A stretch of DNA of 32,000 nucleotides from a cyanobacterium endosymbiont of Epithemia clementina EcSB (GCF_029919255.1 NZ_CP123991.1:85110-117109); one strand, 5' to 3'. Shown: positions 10,300-19,785, numbered from the stretch's first letter. Notes: generated by a model not told the origin, from the sequence alone. A program made the numbers and translations.

Positions 10300-10673
10300 A
10301 ATTTAAGCCATTACAAGAAATAGACCTTTAAACATACTTTATACTTTGTTAGTGGTTATTAAACCAATCTAAACTTAATGAGAATTGTCTATATAAACTT
10401 ATGTATAAGAAACAAAAAATTTCTTATTTATTAAGCTCACAATGGACAGTAAAATGAAAGACCTAGTGATGGTTACACTTTTAAGTTTTAAATTACAAAA
10501 ATAAAGAAAAATAAGTTTTTATAGAAATGATTATCTCTTGCAATCTCCAAATATATTTTTAAATTAATGCCAAATAATTAAAGAACCAGGCTCTTTGTCC
10601 AGTACGATAACACATCTAGAAGAAATCAATTATCAAGAAGCAGACATATAGACTTAGTCAATAAGTGGAAGTT

Positions 10674-11594
10674 CTAACTATGGCTCATGAGAATTTTCAA
10701 CATCTTCTCCCCTAATATTTCTGGTTGTTCTACCATAGACATATGACCACAATTAGCCAGTTCAATCACATTACTCCCTTGAACCTCAAAAAGAGGATGA
10801 AAACTAGCTAAATAGCGAACATATTTAGGCTCCATTACCGTGTCCTTGTCCCCAGCCAAAAAATAAACAGGTTGTTGCAAACGGGATACTATTTGGGGAA
10901 GTAAGTGAACTTCAGTCTCTGTTGTCGAATCAAGTAAAGATCCCAAAGCAGCTTGAGGATCTGCCTTAAGCAAATCTAGAACTCGTTGTCGCCCCCAACG
11001 TCTTTCTAAAGGACGAGCTATCATAAGACGAGAGAAAAGTACATCAATCAGAGGCACATAGGATAGCCAACCTGGTCGACGTTTAATTAACAGTTCTCCG
11101 GCTAAGCGAAACCGTTCGAATTCTTCCTTAAGATAAATTCCGCCTCCTGAATTTAGACAAATAACTCCCTGAACAGTTTCAGGACAAACATCAGCCCCCC
11201 ACAAAGCAATACTACCCCCCAAAGAATGGCCGATAAGCCAAGCTCTCTTAATAGCAAATTTTTGTAGTAGAACACTCAAGTCTTGGGCATAAGCCCCTAA
11301 GGCGTAAGGAGAGCTACCATTCGTCAAACTGGGATTAGCTCGTTGAAATGAATTTCTCCAGTCGATTACTCTATCTCGATTTAAAGTGTCTCGAATTTGC
11401 TGAGAGTCACCGAACCCTCGGAGATCATAAATTAGACAAGGATAGTTAGGTGCTAATTGTTCAATTAACGGAAGCCAATATTGACGGCTCAATAACCACC
11501 CATGAATAAAAATAAGTACAGGGGTAGATGGTTGAAAAGACGGGGATGTTAGCTCATAGGCGTGAGGAACTCCCAAAATGTCGATGGTTGGCAT
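10674..11594 (-). CDS. Alpha/beta-fold hydrolase
   Basis: 306-aa ORF with an ATG start. It has an oxyanion-hole HGW segment (LIFIHGWLLS), a nucleophile elbow GHSLGG and a C-terminal CGHMSMVEQP (catalytic His context). Confidence 0.8.
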   Translation of the reverse strand: MPTIDILGVPHAYELTSPSFQPSTPVLIFIHGWLLSRQYWLPLIEQLAPNYPCLIYDLRGFGDSQQIRDTLNRDRVIDWRNSFQRANPSLTNGSSPYALGAYAQDLSVLLQKFAIKRAWLIGHSLGGSIALWGADVCPETVQGVICLNSGGGIYLKEEFERFRLAGELLIKRRPGWLSYVPLIDVLFSRLMIARPLERRWGRQRVLDLLKADPQAALGSLLDSTTETEVHLLPQIVSRLQQPVYFLAGDKDTVMEPKYVRYLASFHPLFEVQGSNVIELANCGHMSMVEQPEILGEKMLKILMSHS

Positions 11595-11740
11595 GTTTTT
11601 ATCCTAACCTGATGAGAAGGCCTTTTGCTCGATATAATGATTTAAGAAAAAATTTACAATTTGGTGTCCACTTAAAAACTACCCGGATAGCCTAAATCCA
11701 GTATAAATTAAAGAGAACATCAAAGCTTAGCCGTGTCGGC

Positions 11741-12268
11741 ATGGTCTTTTGGAAACGATTGTTTAGTAACTCTTCTGATTCAGTCACCTCTGCTCTAACT
11801 TCGAAGTTCAACGGAGAACTCCTAGACATAAAAGGCGAGACAAACAGTCAACGGCACATTTTCTTAAGTACTGAAAGGGACATTAATCTCTACGAACTCG
11901 AGAAATTATGTGATGCTGTTGGCTGGGCGCGTCGTCCCCTAAGAAAAGTAAAACAAGCCTTAAATCATAGTTTTCTCGTAGTCTCTATGTGGGAAGTTGA
12001 GAAAAATCAGAAGCGTTTGGTTGGATTTGCTCGTGCAACCTCCGACCACGCTTTTAACGCCACGGTTTGGGACGTAGTTGTCCACCCAAGTTGCCAAAAT
12101 AAGGGACTTGGAAAAGCTTTAATCAAATATATGATTCACCAACTTAGGAATAAAGACATTAGTAATATTACTCTGTTTGCTGATCCTCAGGTAATAGATT
12201 TTTATCGTCGTCTGGGATTTGTTTCAGACCCTGAGGGCATTAAAGGGATGTTTTGGTATCCCAATTAG
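11741..12268 (+). CDS. GNAT-family N-acetyltransferase (Ycf52 / plant NSI-GNAT2-like)
   Basis: 175-aa ORF. It contains [49 protein letters not shown] (acetyl-CoA Q/RxxGxG/A motif) and [19 protein letters not shown]. The similarity to Ycf52/NSI is from memory and was not searched. Confidence 0.75.
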   Translation: MVFWKRLFSNSSDSVTSALTSKFNGELLDIKGETNSQRHIFLSTERDINLYELEKLCDAVGWARRPLRKVKQALNHSFLVVSMWEVEKNQKRLVGFARATSDHAFNATVWDVVVHPSCQNKGLGKALIKYMIHQLRNKDISNITLFADPQVIDFYRRLGFVSDPEGIKGMFWYPN

Positions 12269-12336
12269 AAATCTTTGAGAATTAAGATTAGACTCTCATG
12301 AGATAAAAGTTTTAGGTTAACCTCTGGAGAGAACTC

Positions 12337-12366
12337 TTGATGATTTTCGAGTATCTAGGCTATAAT
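12337..12366 (+). promoter_or_regulatory. Candidate sigma70-type promoter for tRNA-Pro
   Basis: -35 TTGATG (12337..12342), an 18-nt spacer, and a perfect -10 TATAAT (12361..12366). The mature tRNA 5' end is 14 nt downstream of the -10. Confidence 0.4.
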
Positions 12367-12380
12367 AGACGAGCGCGATG

Positions 12381-12458
<78 letters not shown>

Positions 12459-12721
12459 AACTGGATTACCCGCAACTGCACTGTCTTTAATGTTCCATCA
12501 CCCCTATGAATATAGGTTTGTTATGATTAGATAGAACTGGGTAGGAACTCGGTTATAGCAGAGTCTGTCCTACTGTGGGTAAAGGGCCGGTTGTGTGTTT
12601 AAAAAACTCTGAATCTCAGTGACCTCGAGCAGCTTTGCTACTATGAAAACAATAGATTCATAAGAGATAGATGCTCTAAACCTGTACCAAAAAACTTAGT
12701 TAATTTTCGAGGTTAACTTCT

Positions 12722-13486
12722 ATGAAATCATTCATCCGTAGCAGTGTCATCCTAGGATTAGTTGGAAGTTCTGTTCTTATTTCCTCTTTGTTAGATTCTA
12801 GTCTAAATGTTTTGGCATTAACCCCAAAACAAATTGTAGAGAAACTCAATCAAATTCCTGTATTTACTATTGGTAACAGTAATGAGATACTATTGTCTAC
12901 CGAAGATGACAGACGAGCATTTGTCACTTACCTAAGTCATCAGGATGCTCAGCAGGTTGTCAAGGAAATCACTAAAGAAAATCCTGAAACTAAAGTGGAA
13001 GTAATTACTATTCCTTTAGGTCAAGTTTATGAATTACTAAAAAATAAGGAAAAAAGTCAATCCCAAGAACCTCCCGATTTATTTACCTTTGTCCCTTTAA
13101 AAGCACAACTTAAATCAGCTTTGTCAATTCTTAGAGAAGAAGATCCTAATATTGAAAGTTTTCCTGGAATTCCTTTATTTTATGGAATGGTAAAAGTTGA
13201 TAAACAGGATACTTTTCTATCTGTACAAGACGGAAAGGAAAGTTTTACTCCTTTTTACTTTGAGAGAGAATCTCTCCAGAAGTTAATTGAAAATATTAGA
13301 CTAAAACAACCTGAGTTTGCTTCATCTATAAAAGTTAAGGTAACCCCATTGGGAGGAATTGTTTCAGCCTTTGAAAGTGACGATAAAAAGAAAGAAGACT
13401 TTGTAAAAAGTGTTATTCTCGTCCCTTCTCAAGAATCAGCTAAGAAGGTGTTAGAAACATCAAAACAAAATCAGCAAGCAAAGTAG
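12722..13486 (+). CDS. Tic22-like periplasmic protein, paralog 1
   Basis: 254-aa ORF with a signal-peptide-like N-terminus (MKSFIRSSVILGLVGSSVLISS..NVLA). Tic22-type blocks are present: LNQIPVFTIGNSNE, ITIPLGQVYELL, FTFVPLKAQLKSAL, IPLFYG..F.PFYFERESLQKLI. Family assignment is from remembered motif patterns. Confidence 0.6.
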   Translation: MKSFIRSSVILGLVGSSVLISSLLDSSLNVLALTPKQIVEKLNQIPVFTIGNSNEILLSTEDDRRAFVTYLSHQDAQQVVKEITKENPETKVEVITIPLGQVYELLKNKEKSQSQEPPDLFTFVPLKAQLKSALSILREEDPNIESFPGIPLFYGMVKVDKQDTFLSVQDGKESFTPFYFERESLQKLIENIRLKQPEFASSIKVKVTPLGGIVSAFESDDKKKEDFVKSVILVPSQESAKKVLETSKQNQQAK

Positions 13487-13575
13487 AAATGAAAAGGCAA
13501 GTGATGTCATTAATTTCTTAACATAAAAAACAATTTCTCATCAGTTTTTAAGAAGTATCAAATTGTCATAAAAAT

Positions 13576-14304
13576 ATGAAAACTTTAATTCGTTGGGGTG
13601 CCACTTTAGGGTTAGTTGCTAGTGCAATTTTGTATTCTGGCTTCAATCAATCGCGTTCAGCTTTTGCCTTGCCTCAAGAAGAAATTTTCCAGATGCTCCG
13701 TGGACTTCCTGTCTTCATGTTAGCAAACGACAAAAATGTCCCTTTGGGAGGGCAAGTAGATGAAAAAACAGTGTTTACTAACGTTTTCATGAGTAAACAG
13801 AGTGCTCAAGAATTTTTAATTCAACTTGGAAAAGAGAAACCCTCTATTGCCAATCAATATAAAGTAAAACTTATCTCTTTAGGTGCAATATATGAAGTTG
13901 CCAAAAAAAATTCTAATGAATCCCAACGATTAGCACTTCAATATATTCCCGCCAAAACTGAAGTTGAAGCCGCTAAAACTATTTTAAGTGAAGATGGGAA
14001 AGAATATAGAGGGGGCGTTCCCCTCTATATCCTTAAAGGAGGACCTGAACAAAATTATTTAACAATCAAACAAGATGGGCAAACTATTATTCCTATATTT
14101 TTTGAAAAAAAGACAATTCAACAAATTATTAATAATCTAAAAGAACAGGAATCTGAAGAAACTTCTAATATTAAAATAGAAATAACTTTACTGGGGAATT
14201 TAATTGGTGCTTTAGAAAAAGAAGATAATGATTTTTTCAGACAAATTCGATTATGGCCATCCCAGGAAATGATAAAAATTATTGAAGAAAGTCGTAAAAA
14301 TTAA
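13576..14304 (+). CDS. Tic22-like periplasmic protein, paralog 2
   Basis: 242-aa ORF with a signal peptide (MKTLIRWGATLGLVASAIL..SAFA). It is collinear with paralog 1 block by block: LRGLPVFMLANDKN, ISLGAIYEVAKK, LQYIPAKTEVEAAKTIL, VPLYIL..IIPIFFEKKTIQQII. Confidence 0.6.
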   Translation: MKTLIRWGATLGLVASAILYSGFNQSRSAFALPQEEIFQMLRGLPVFMLANDKNVPLGGQVDEKTVFTNVFMSKQSAQEFLIQLGKEKPSIANQYKVKLISLGAIYEVAKKNSNESQRLALQYIPAKTEVEAAKTILSEDGKEYRGGVPLYILKGGPEQNYLTIKQDGQTIIPIFFEKKTIQQIINNLKEQESEETSNIKIEITLLGNLIGALEKEDNDFFRQIRLWPSQEMIKIIEESRKN

Positions 14305-14312
14305 CAACGGCA

Positions 14313-15236
14313 ATGGAAAGTTCGACTGAAGAGAGTCAAAAGACTGTTATATCGGGATCGGACCTAGCAACCTGGCGAAATTGGGCTATAACTGAGTCAA
14401 TCGCCGCAAACATCTCTCCTCAAGAAGTAGACTGGTTACTTCAAGAAGTGGCAGAGTTAGATCGACTTTCATTGAGGTTAGAGTCATTTCGGGAGCGATC
14501 ACAAATTTACCTAAAATTTTCCCTATCTCACTTGGACCAATTATGGCAGCATCGTCTAAAAGATAGAGTTCCTATTCAATATCTTGTTGGTGTGACTCCT
14601 TGGCGTAACTTTTTACTTAAAGTTGCTCCTGGAGTTCTCATTCCTCGTCCTGAAACCGAGTTAATTATTGATTTTGCTGTTCAAGCAGTCCAAAAAAGTT
14701 CTGTTTCTAACTTAAAATCAGGACATTGGGTTGATTTGGGAACTGGTAGTGGGGCAATTTCAGTTGGATTAGGCATGGTATTTCCTCTAGCAAAAATCCA
14801 CGCTGTTGACAAAAGTAAAGTCGCCTTAACTATTGCTAAAGAAAATGCTAAAAACTTAGGACTTTCTTCAAAAATTCAATTTTATGAAGGATCATGGTGG
14901 ACTCCCCTGGAAGAGTTGAAAGGTCAAATTAGTGGGCTAGTCTCTAATCCACCTTATATTCCCACAAGGATACTGCCTCAACTTCAACCCGAAGTAAGAT
15001 ATCATGAACCCTATTTAGCTTTAGATGGAGGTAAAGACGGTTTAGAGGCAATCCGCTATTTAGTACATAGTGCCCCTAAGTATCTTCAGTCTGGGGGAAT
15101 TTGGCTAATTGAAATGATGGCAGGACAGGGAGAACGTGTAGCTCAATTGTTAGAAAATTCTTCTAATTATCGCTCTATCAAAATATTGTCAGATTTAGCA
15201 GGAATTCAACGTTTTGTCTTGGCTTATCGAACTTAA
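14313..15236 (+). CDS. prmC: Peptide chain release factor N5-glutamine methyltransferase PrmC (HemK)
   Basis: 307-aa ORF with SAM motif DLGTGSGAI, catalytic NPPY (SNPPYIP) and EPYLALDGGKDGL. It starts 8 bp after the Tic22-like paralog 2 stop. Confidence 0.88.
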   Translation: MESSTEESQKTVISGSDLATWRNWAITESIAANISPQEVDWLLQEVAELDRLSLRLESFRERSQIYLKFSLSHLDQLWQHRLKDRVPIQYLVGVTPWRNFLLKVAPGVLIPRPETELIIDFAVQAVQKSSVSNLKSGHWVDLGTGSGAISVGLGMVFPLAKIHAVDKSKVALTIAKENAKNLGLSSKIQFYEGSWWTPLEELKGQISGLVSNPPYIPTRILPQLQPEVRYHEPYLALDGGKDGLEAIRYLVHSAPKYLQSGGIWLIEMMAGQGERVAQLLENSSNYRSIKILSDLAGIQRFVLAYRT

Positions 15237-17131
15237 TTAGACTGTTTGATTAATGTATTTTTATCTAAAATTGTCTGTGTTTTTATCCGAATTAATTGAT
15301 AAACAATACCTTCCCCAATAACTTGATAATCGAACGGTTTTAAAGCTAACTGTTCAAAATATTTAGGTTTAGCCACTATCAAGATAGTCGACGACGTATT
15401 TTTGTGATTGACTTGCTCATTAAAATATTCGATTGCTCTACCACTATAGATATCAGTTTCAGTGATAGAATCAACGGTTTGTTGAGCATAATAAGTTATA
15501 CTCGGACGCATAAAACCAATAAAAACTAATTTTTCACCTGGCTTTTGTTCTTGTTTTATCAAAGTTCCAAGTTCTCTCAGAGGAAGTTGCCGTTGACTAT
15601 CAACAATCGGAGCAATAGGAAGCACAACCCAATTTAAAAAAGCAATAAACCCTAATAAATTTGCTGCCCAAATCCAGCGTCGATGATATTTCCAAAACAG
15701 TAAAATTAAAATACCTAAAGCAGAAAATGACAGAATAATTCCGCTATGAAGGGGTACACCTGATTTCTGTAATAACTCTCTAAACTGAGGCATCATTGGA
15801 TCATAATCAATAAGTTTAGGGCTGATGAAACTTGCAACAGCTAATCCGCTTAAAATCCCTACATTGGCTAGTCCACTGAGCCAAAATAAAATTGTCCAAA
15901 GTCCCGACCATTTTTCTCCCTTTGTTGCCATTTGTTCATTCCAAAATAGTGCAACTATAATGGCGGCAGCTGGTATTAAAGGAAGAATATAACCTGCTAG
16001 TTTAGTGACTGAACTTGAAAAAAATAAAAATGTAACAACAAACCAGACTAAAGCGAATAGACCTAGGTGGCTTGAACGATGGGAAGAAACCCAAAGCTTT
16101 CGTTTCCAAAAACGTAAACGAGCAATAGCTAATGGCAAGAAAATTGACCAAGGAACTAATCCAACTAAGACCACCAAAAAGTAATAATACCATGCCCCAG
16201 GATGACGACTAACAACACTAGTGAATCTTTGTATATTGTGCAGTCCAAAAAAAGTATTAATATATTCTTGACCGTGTTTTAAAGTAATAAGAACAAACCA
16301 AGGGATAGTAATAGCAATAAAGCTCATAATTCCCAATAACCAAGGAGTTTCTTTTACCACTTCAACTAAACGACCAACAAATAACAGAAATACAATAACA
16401 ATAATCCCTGGAAGTACAATTGCTACGGGACCTTTAGCTAAAACACCTAAGGCCATAAATACCCAATATCCCACATACCACCAATTTTTAATGGATAATC
16501 CTAATCGCTTAGTAGAATCCTTTTCAGGATGAGCATAACCAATAAAAAATGACAGTAATGCTAATCCAATATTGCTAGACAAGAACATATCAGAAACCGC
16601 TGTTCTTCCCCACGCAATCCAGAAAGGATTAAAAGCAACAATAGCTGCTCCTAAATTGGCTGAAAACCATAATTTACATGGATCGGACTGTACTTTCTTC
16701 TTTGTAGAAGAGTGGAAAGATTTAAGGCTAAGAAATCCAAAATTGTGTAAACTATAAAAACTCAAACCTACTAAAGCAATTGCAAATAAAGCTGAGGGAA
16801 AACGAGCCGCCCATTCACTTACCCCAAATAGTTTAAAAGACAAAGAGATTAGCCAATAAGTCAAAGGCGGTTTATCAAAGCGAGTCTCCCCATTCCAATA
16901 GGGAGTTAACCAATCTCCTGTCATATGCATGTGACGGGATGCTTCAACAAACATGGGTTCTGTTTTATCAATTAATCCAATAGTTCCTAAATCCCACAAA
17001 AAAGCGATCCAGCTAATTATTGCCAGCCATATAATAGAAAAAATCCAGAGTGTTTTAGGAGATTTTTTTAATAAATTAAATTTATTTATAATCTGTTTAT
17101 GCGTATCTATTTTATCCATAATAATATCCAA
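15233..17131 (-). CDS. Glycosyltransferase family 39 (ArnT/PMT_2-like) integral membrane protein
   Basis: 632-aa polytopic membrane ORF. The N-terminal periplasmic-loop motif FDKPPLTYWL and the overall architecture are typical of ArnT/PMT_2. Its stop codon overlaps the prmC stop (convergent, shared TTAA at 15233..15236). Confidence 0.8.
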   Translation of the reverse strand: MDIIMDKIDTHKQIINKFNLLKKSPKTLWIFSIIWLAIISWIAFLWDLGTIGLIDKTEPMFVEASRHMHMTGDWLTPYWNGETRFDKPPLTYWLISLSFKLFGVSEWAARFPSALFAIALVGLSFYSLHNFGFLSLKSFHSSTKKKVQSDPCKLWFSANLGAAIVAFNPFWIAWGRTAVSDMFLSSNIGLALLSFFIGYAHPEKDSTKRLGLSIKNWWYVGYWVFMALGVLAKGPVAIVLPGIIVIVFLLFVGRLVEVVKETPWLLGIMSFIAITIPWFVLITLKHGQEYINTFFGLHNIQRFTSVVSRHPGAWYYYFLVVLVGLVPWSIFLPLAIARLRFWKRKLWVSSHRSSHLGLFALVWFVVTFLFFSSSVTKLAGYILPLIPAAAIIVALFWNEQMATKGEKWSGLWTILFWLSGLANVGILSGLAVASFISPKLIDYDPMMPQFRELLQKSGVPLHSGIILSFSALGILILLFWKYHRRWIWAANLLGFIAFLNWVVLPIAPIVDSQRQLPLRELGTLIKQEQKPGEKLVFIGFMRPSITYYAQQTVDSITETDIYSGRAIEYFNEQVNHKNTSSTILIVAKPKYFEQLALKPFDYQVIGEGIVYQLIRIKTQTILDKNTLIKQSN

Positions 17132-17159
17132 AATAAATTTTTATTAATGACTGAGATAA

Positions 17160-17828
17160 CTAGAAACTACGATATTTTGTGTCAACAGTCTTCAAAAGAA
17201 AAATAGATAGGGTAAAGGCGAGATATCCAACACACAAACCAGCAATAATATCTGTTGCCCAATGAACGTGCAAATAAAGACTAGCCCAACCCATAAAAAA
17301 AGTCAAAATAGTTGATATACTATAAAGGTAAATAGTTAGTTTAGGGAACCTAAATGAAATCAAATAAGAAACATATAAATATAGCATGAAATTGCCAGAG
17401 ATGTGACCACTAGGGTAACTGTTTCCGTGAACATCAATTAATCCTGGAGCTGGACGAATTCGAGTAAATGAGGGCTTTAAAACCTTATCAATTAAAATAA
17501 TAATTCCTAAAGAGGAAACTGCTAAAACTTGGGCTTCTTTTAAACAACGTTTCCAGAACAAAAAACCTAAACTGCCTAAAATAAAAAAGATAACAACTTC
17601 AGCTTCTCCCGACAGATAAGAGACTTGCGCAAATTCAAGTAAACCAGGTTGACGAAAGTGGCGAACCCATCGTATAAAAGTTTTATCCCAAGCATCAAAA
17701 TTTCCCTGAACAACTTCTTGATTTAGCCATAATAATAGTAATAAGACAGTAACAAATGATGCTAAAGTCTTATTTTTTATCGCTTTGCCAATCTTCTCCA
17801 TCACACTCTTTCTTAGCTTTGGCTTCAT
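17160..17828 (-). CDS. PAP2-family (type 2 phosphatidic acid / undecaprenyl-PP type) phosphatase
   Basis: 222-aa membrane ORF with all three PAP2 motifs: KPSFTRIRP, YPSGH and LHVHWATD. It lies 28 bp upstream of the GT39 gene on the same strand, so the two are likely co-transcribed. Confidence 0.8.
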   Translation of the reverse strand: MKPKLRKSVMEKIGKAIKNKTLASFVTVLLLLLWLNQEVVQGNFDAWDKTFIRWVRHFRQPGLLEFAQVSYLSGEAEVVIFFILGSLGFLFWKRCLKEAQVLAVSSLGIIILIDKVLKPSFTRIRPAPGLIDVHGNSYPSGHISGNFMLYLYVSYLISFRFPKLTIYLYSISTILTFFMGWASLYLHVHWATDIIAGLCVGYLAFTLSIFLLKTVDTKYRSF

Positions 17829-18006
17829 ATCTAGTTAGAGATTAAAATTTGAGTAAGTATCACCATATAATAGCACTCGGATTTATAAACGGCTTCACGA
17901 GCACTTAATCTGAGGTCATTATAATCTTTCCTGAGAATTAATTATTCTGAGAACTAATTATCAATAATCCTGTCAAAACAAGTCATCTTAAAGATGAGTT
18001 AAAAGT

Positions 18007-18660
18007 ATGAAACACCTAGATCATCGGGCACAAATTGTCACTACCATTGGCTCTGTAATAATTTTTTAAACAAATGGTTAATGACCGGATAAATATAGAG
18101 AGATTGCACTCTTTCAATGGAAGCTATGAAGCTCACACTAGTGTGGTACCTCTATTGTGCGATATGTCTAAAAAATTGGAAACCTCCATCAATTTACTAT
18201 CAAGTCTCCAGGTTCTCAAAATTTGGATGGACAAATTCTCTTCACCCAAAAAGTTATTAATCTTTAGTTCTCATAGATAAATCAAGTAACTAAGTGAATA
18301 CCGCCTTAATTAATTTGAACTTAGGGTGCAAATTTTGTCATGCAATGAACTATTAAAAATAAGTTTTAAAAAAATTAAGGGACAGTTAGTTATCGGTAAA
18401 ATTATTGAAGAAATTAACCGACTTAATCTTAATTTCTGTTTTTTTACGATAAAAAAAGATTAGAAAAATCTTAACTTTGACTTATTAAAAAATATCTACT
18501 GAGTACCTCCAAGTCTTAATTTAATTAAAGAAAGTTTAAATCTATTAAATTCGAGATAATTTAACTTTATTTCAGGAAGCTATTCTATATTTTAGTTATG
18601 CCATTAAGTAACATAAAACAAGTCTATAAAAATAGATTTATATAGATTTATAAAATCAGT
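18007..18660 (+). pseudogene. pyk: Pyruvate kinase, N-terminal remnant (disrupted and truncated)
   Basis: From the ATG at 18007 it reads MKHLDHRAQIVTTIGSVIIF* (compare RRTKIVATIGPAS). After a frameshift it reads INIERLHSFNGSYEAHTSVV..SKKLETSINLLSSLQVLKIWMDKF (compare MNVARLNFSHGSYEEH....LLQDLQGPKIRxG). Recognisable similarity fades after about 18300. Only about 650 bp remain before the hemH 3' end, against roughly 1.4 kb or more for an intact pyk. Confidence 0.65.
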
Positions 18661-18669
18661 TAATAATTA

Positions 18670-19785
18670 TTAGTTGGCGAGTAAGTAAGTAAGTGAGCTC
18701 AAATAAACTAAAAACAGAACAGTAGTTAAAAAAGAGCAACCACGCCAATGTTCTTGGGGGTAAATTTTTAAGTTTTTCCTGGGACGAATAACCGAATCAA
18801 AAGTACAAGGAGGTTCTTGAAGAGATTTAGTCACCAATCGAGCTAAAGAATTAATAAAAATAGGGTGGGTATTCAACGCAGGAACTCGATAAAAGTTTTC
18901 AATTCCTGCTTCTTTAGCAACTTCCCTATATTCGATATCAATTTCTTGAAGAGTTTCAATATGTTCCGAAACAAAACTAATAGGAACTACTAATAAATCT
19001 TTGACTCCTTTTTTCCCTAATTCTCTCAGAGAATCTTCCGTGTAAGGTTTGAGCCACTCTACCGGACCGACTCGACTTTGATAAGCCAGAGTGAAATCAT
19101 TTGGCCGATTGAGGGTTTTCATGATTAAGTGAGTACAAGCTTCAATTTCTGCTTGATAGGGATCTCCAGCTACATCAACATAACTTTGAGGGACTCCATG
19201 AGCACTAAAGAAGATATGGATATGACGAGGATTTTCACATTTATCTAATTCTTGGGTAATTAAATCGGCCATCGCTGTTAAATAATCAGGATGGTCATAC
19301 CAAGAGGGAATCAAGGTATAGTTAATTCGCGTAAGATCACTATCAGATTGCCACATTTCTTCAAGCACTCGGAAGCTAGAGCCACTGGTGCTAATGGAAA
19401 ATTGGGGATACAAAGGAAAAATGACTAGACGCTCTATGTTGTCTCGTTTAATGTTGTTGATCGCCTCCTCAGTAAAGGGGTGCCAATAACGCATTCCAAT
19501 ATAAATTTGAGCATCTTGACCAATTTCTGCTAATTTTTTTCCCAGAGCTTTCCCCTGAGCTTCAGTAATCCTTCTTAAAGGGGAACCTCCCCCAATTTGT
19601 TCATAATTTTTCTTGGATTTTTTGCTTCTTAACCGAGAAATTAACCAAGCTAACGGCTTTTGTAACCAAGGGAAAGGTAATCGAATGATTTCTGGGTCAG
19701 AAAATAGATTAAATAAAAAGGGGCGAACATCTTGTAATTGTTCCGGTCCCCCTAAATTTAGTAATAAAACCCCAACGCGATCCAT
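18670..19785 (-). CDS. hemH: Ferrochelatase HemH (C-terminal CAB-type segment apparently degenerate)
   Basis: The N-terminus [34 protein letters not shown], plus FSAHGVP and [14 protein letters not shown], are ferrochelatase hallmarks. I place the start at the internal ATG (19783..19785, MDRVGVLL..). The 21 upstream codons look non-coding. Confidence 0.9.
   Translation of the reverse strand: MDRVGVLLLNLGGPEQLQDVRPFLFNLFSDPEIIRLPFPWLQKPLAWLISRLRSKKSKKNYEQIGGGSPLRRITEAQGKALGKKLAEIGQDAQIYIGMRYWHPFTEEAINNIKRDNIERLVIFPLYPQFSISTSGSSFRVLEEMWQSDSDLTRINYTLIPSWYDHPDYLTAMADLITQELDKCENPRHIHIFFSAHGVPQSYVDVAGDPYQAEIEACTHLIMKTLNRPNDFTLAYQSRVGPVEWLKPYTEDSLRELGKKGVKDLLVVPISFVSEHIETLQEIDIEYREVAKEAGIENFYRVPALNTHPIFINSLARLVTKSLQEPPCTFDSVIRPRKNLKIYPQEHWRGCSFLTTVLFLVYLSSLTYLLAN

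Noticed and set aside
16002-17147. Small ORFs 16002..16193(-), 16572..16757(+) and 16953..17147(+) overlapping the GT39 gene
   Set aside because: These are alternative-frame or antisense ORFs within a 632-aa membrane protein gene. They are explained by that gene's codon composition.
18074-18280. 68-aa ORF as an independent gene. The same applies to 19913..20110 and 20236..20424.
   Set aside because: These are fragments of the pyruvate kinase and methyltransferase pseudogenes respectively, not stand-alone genes.
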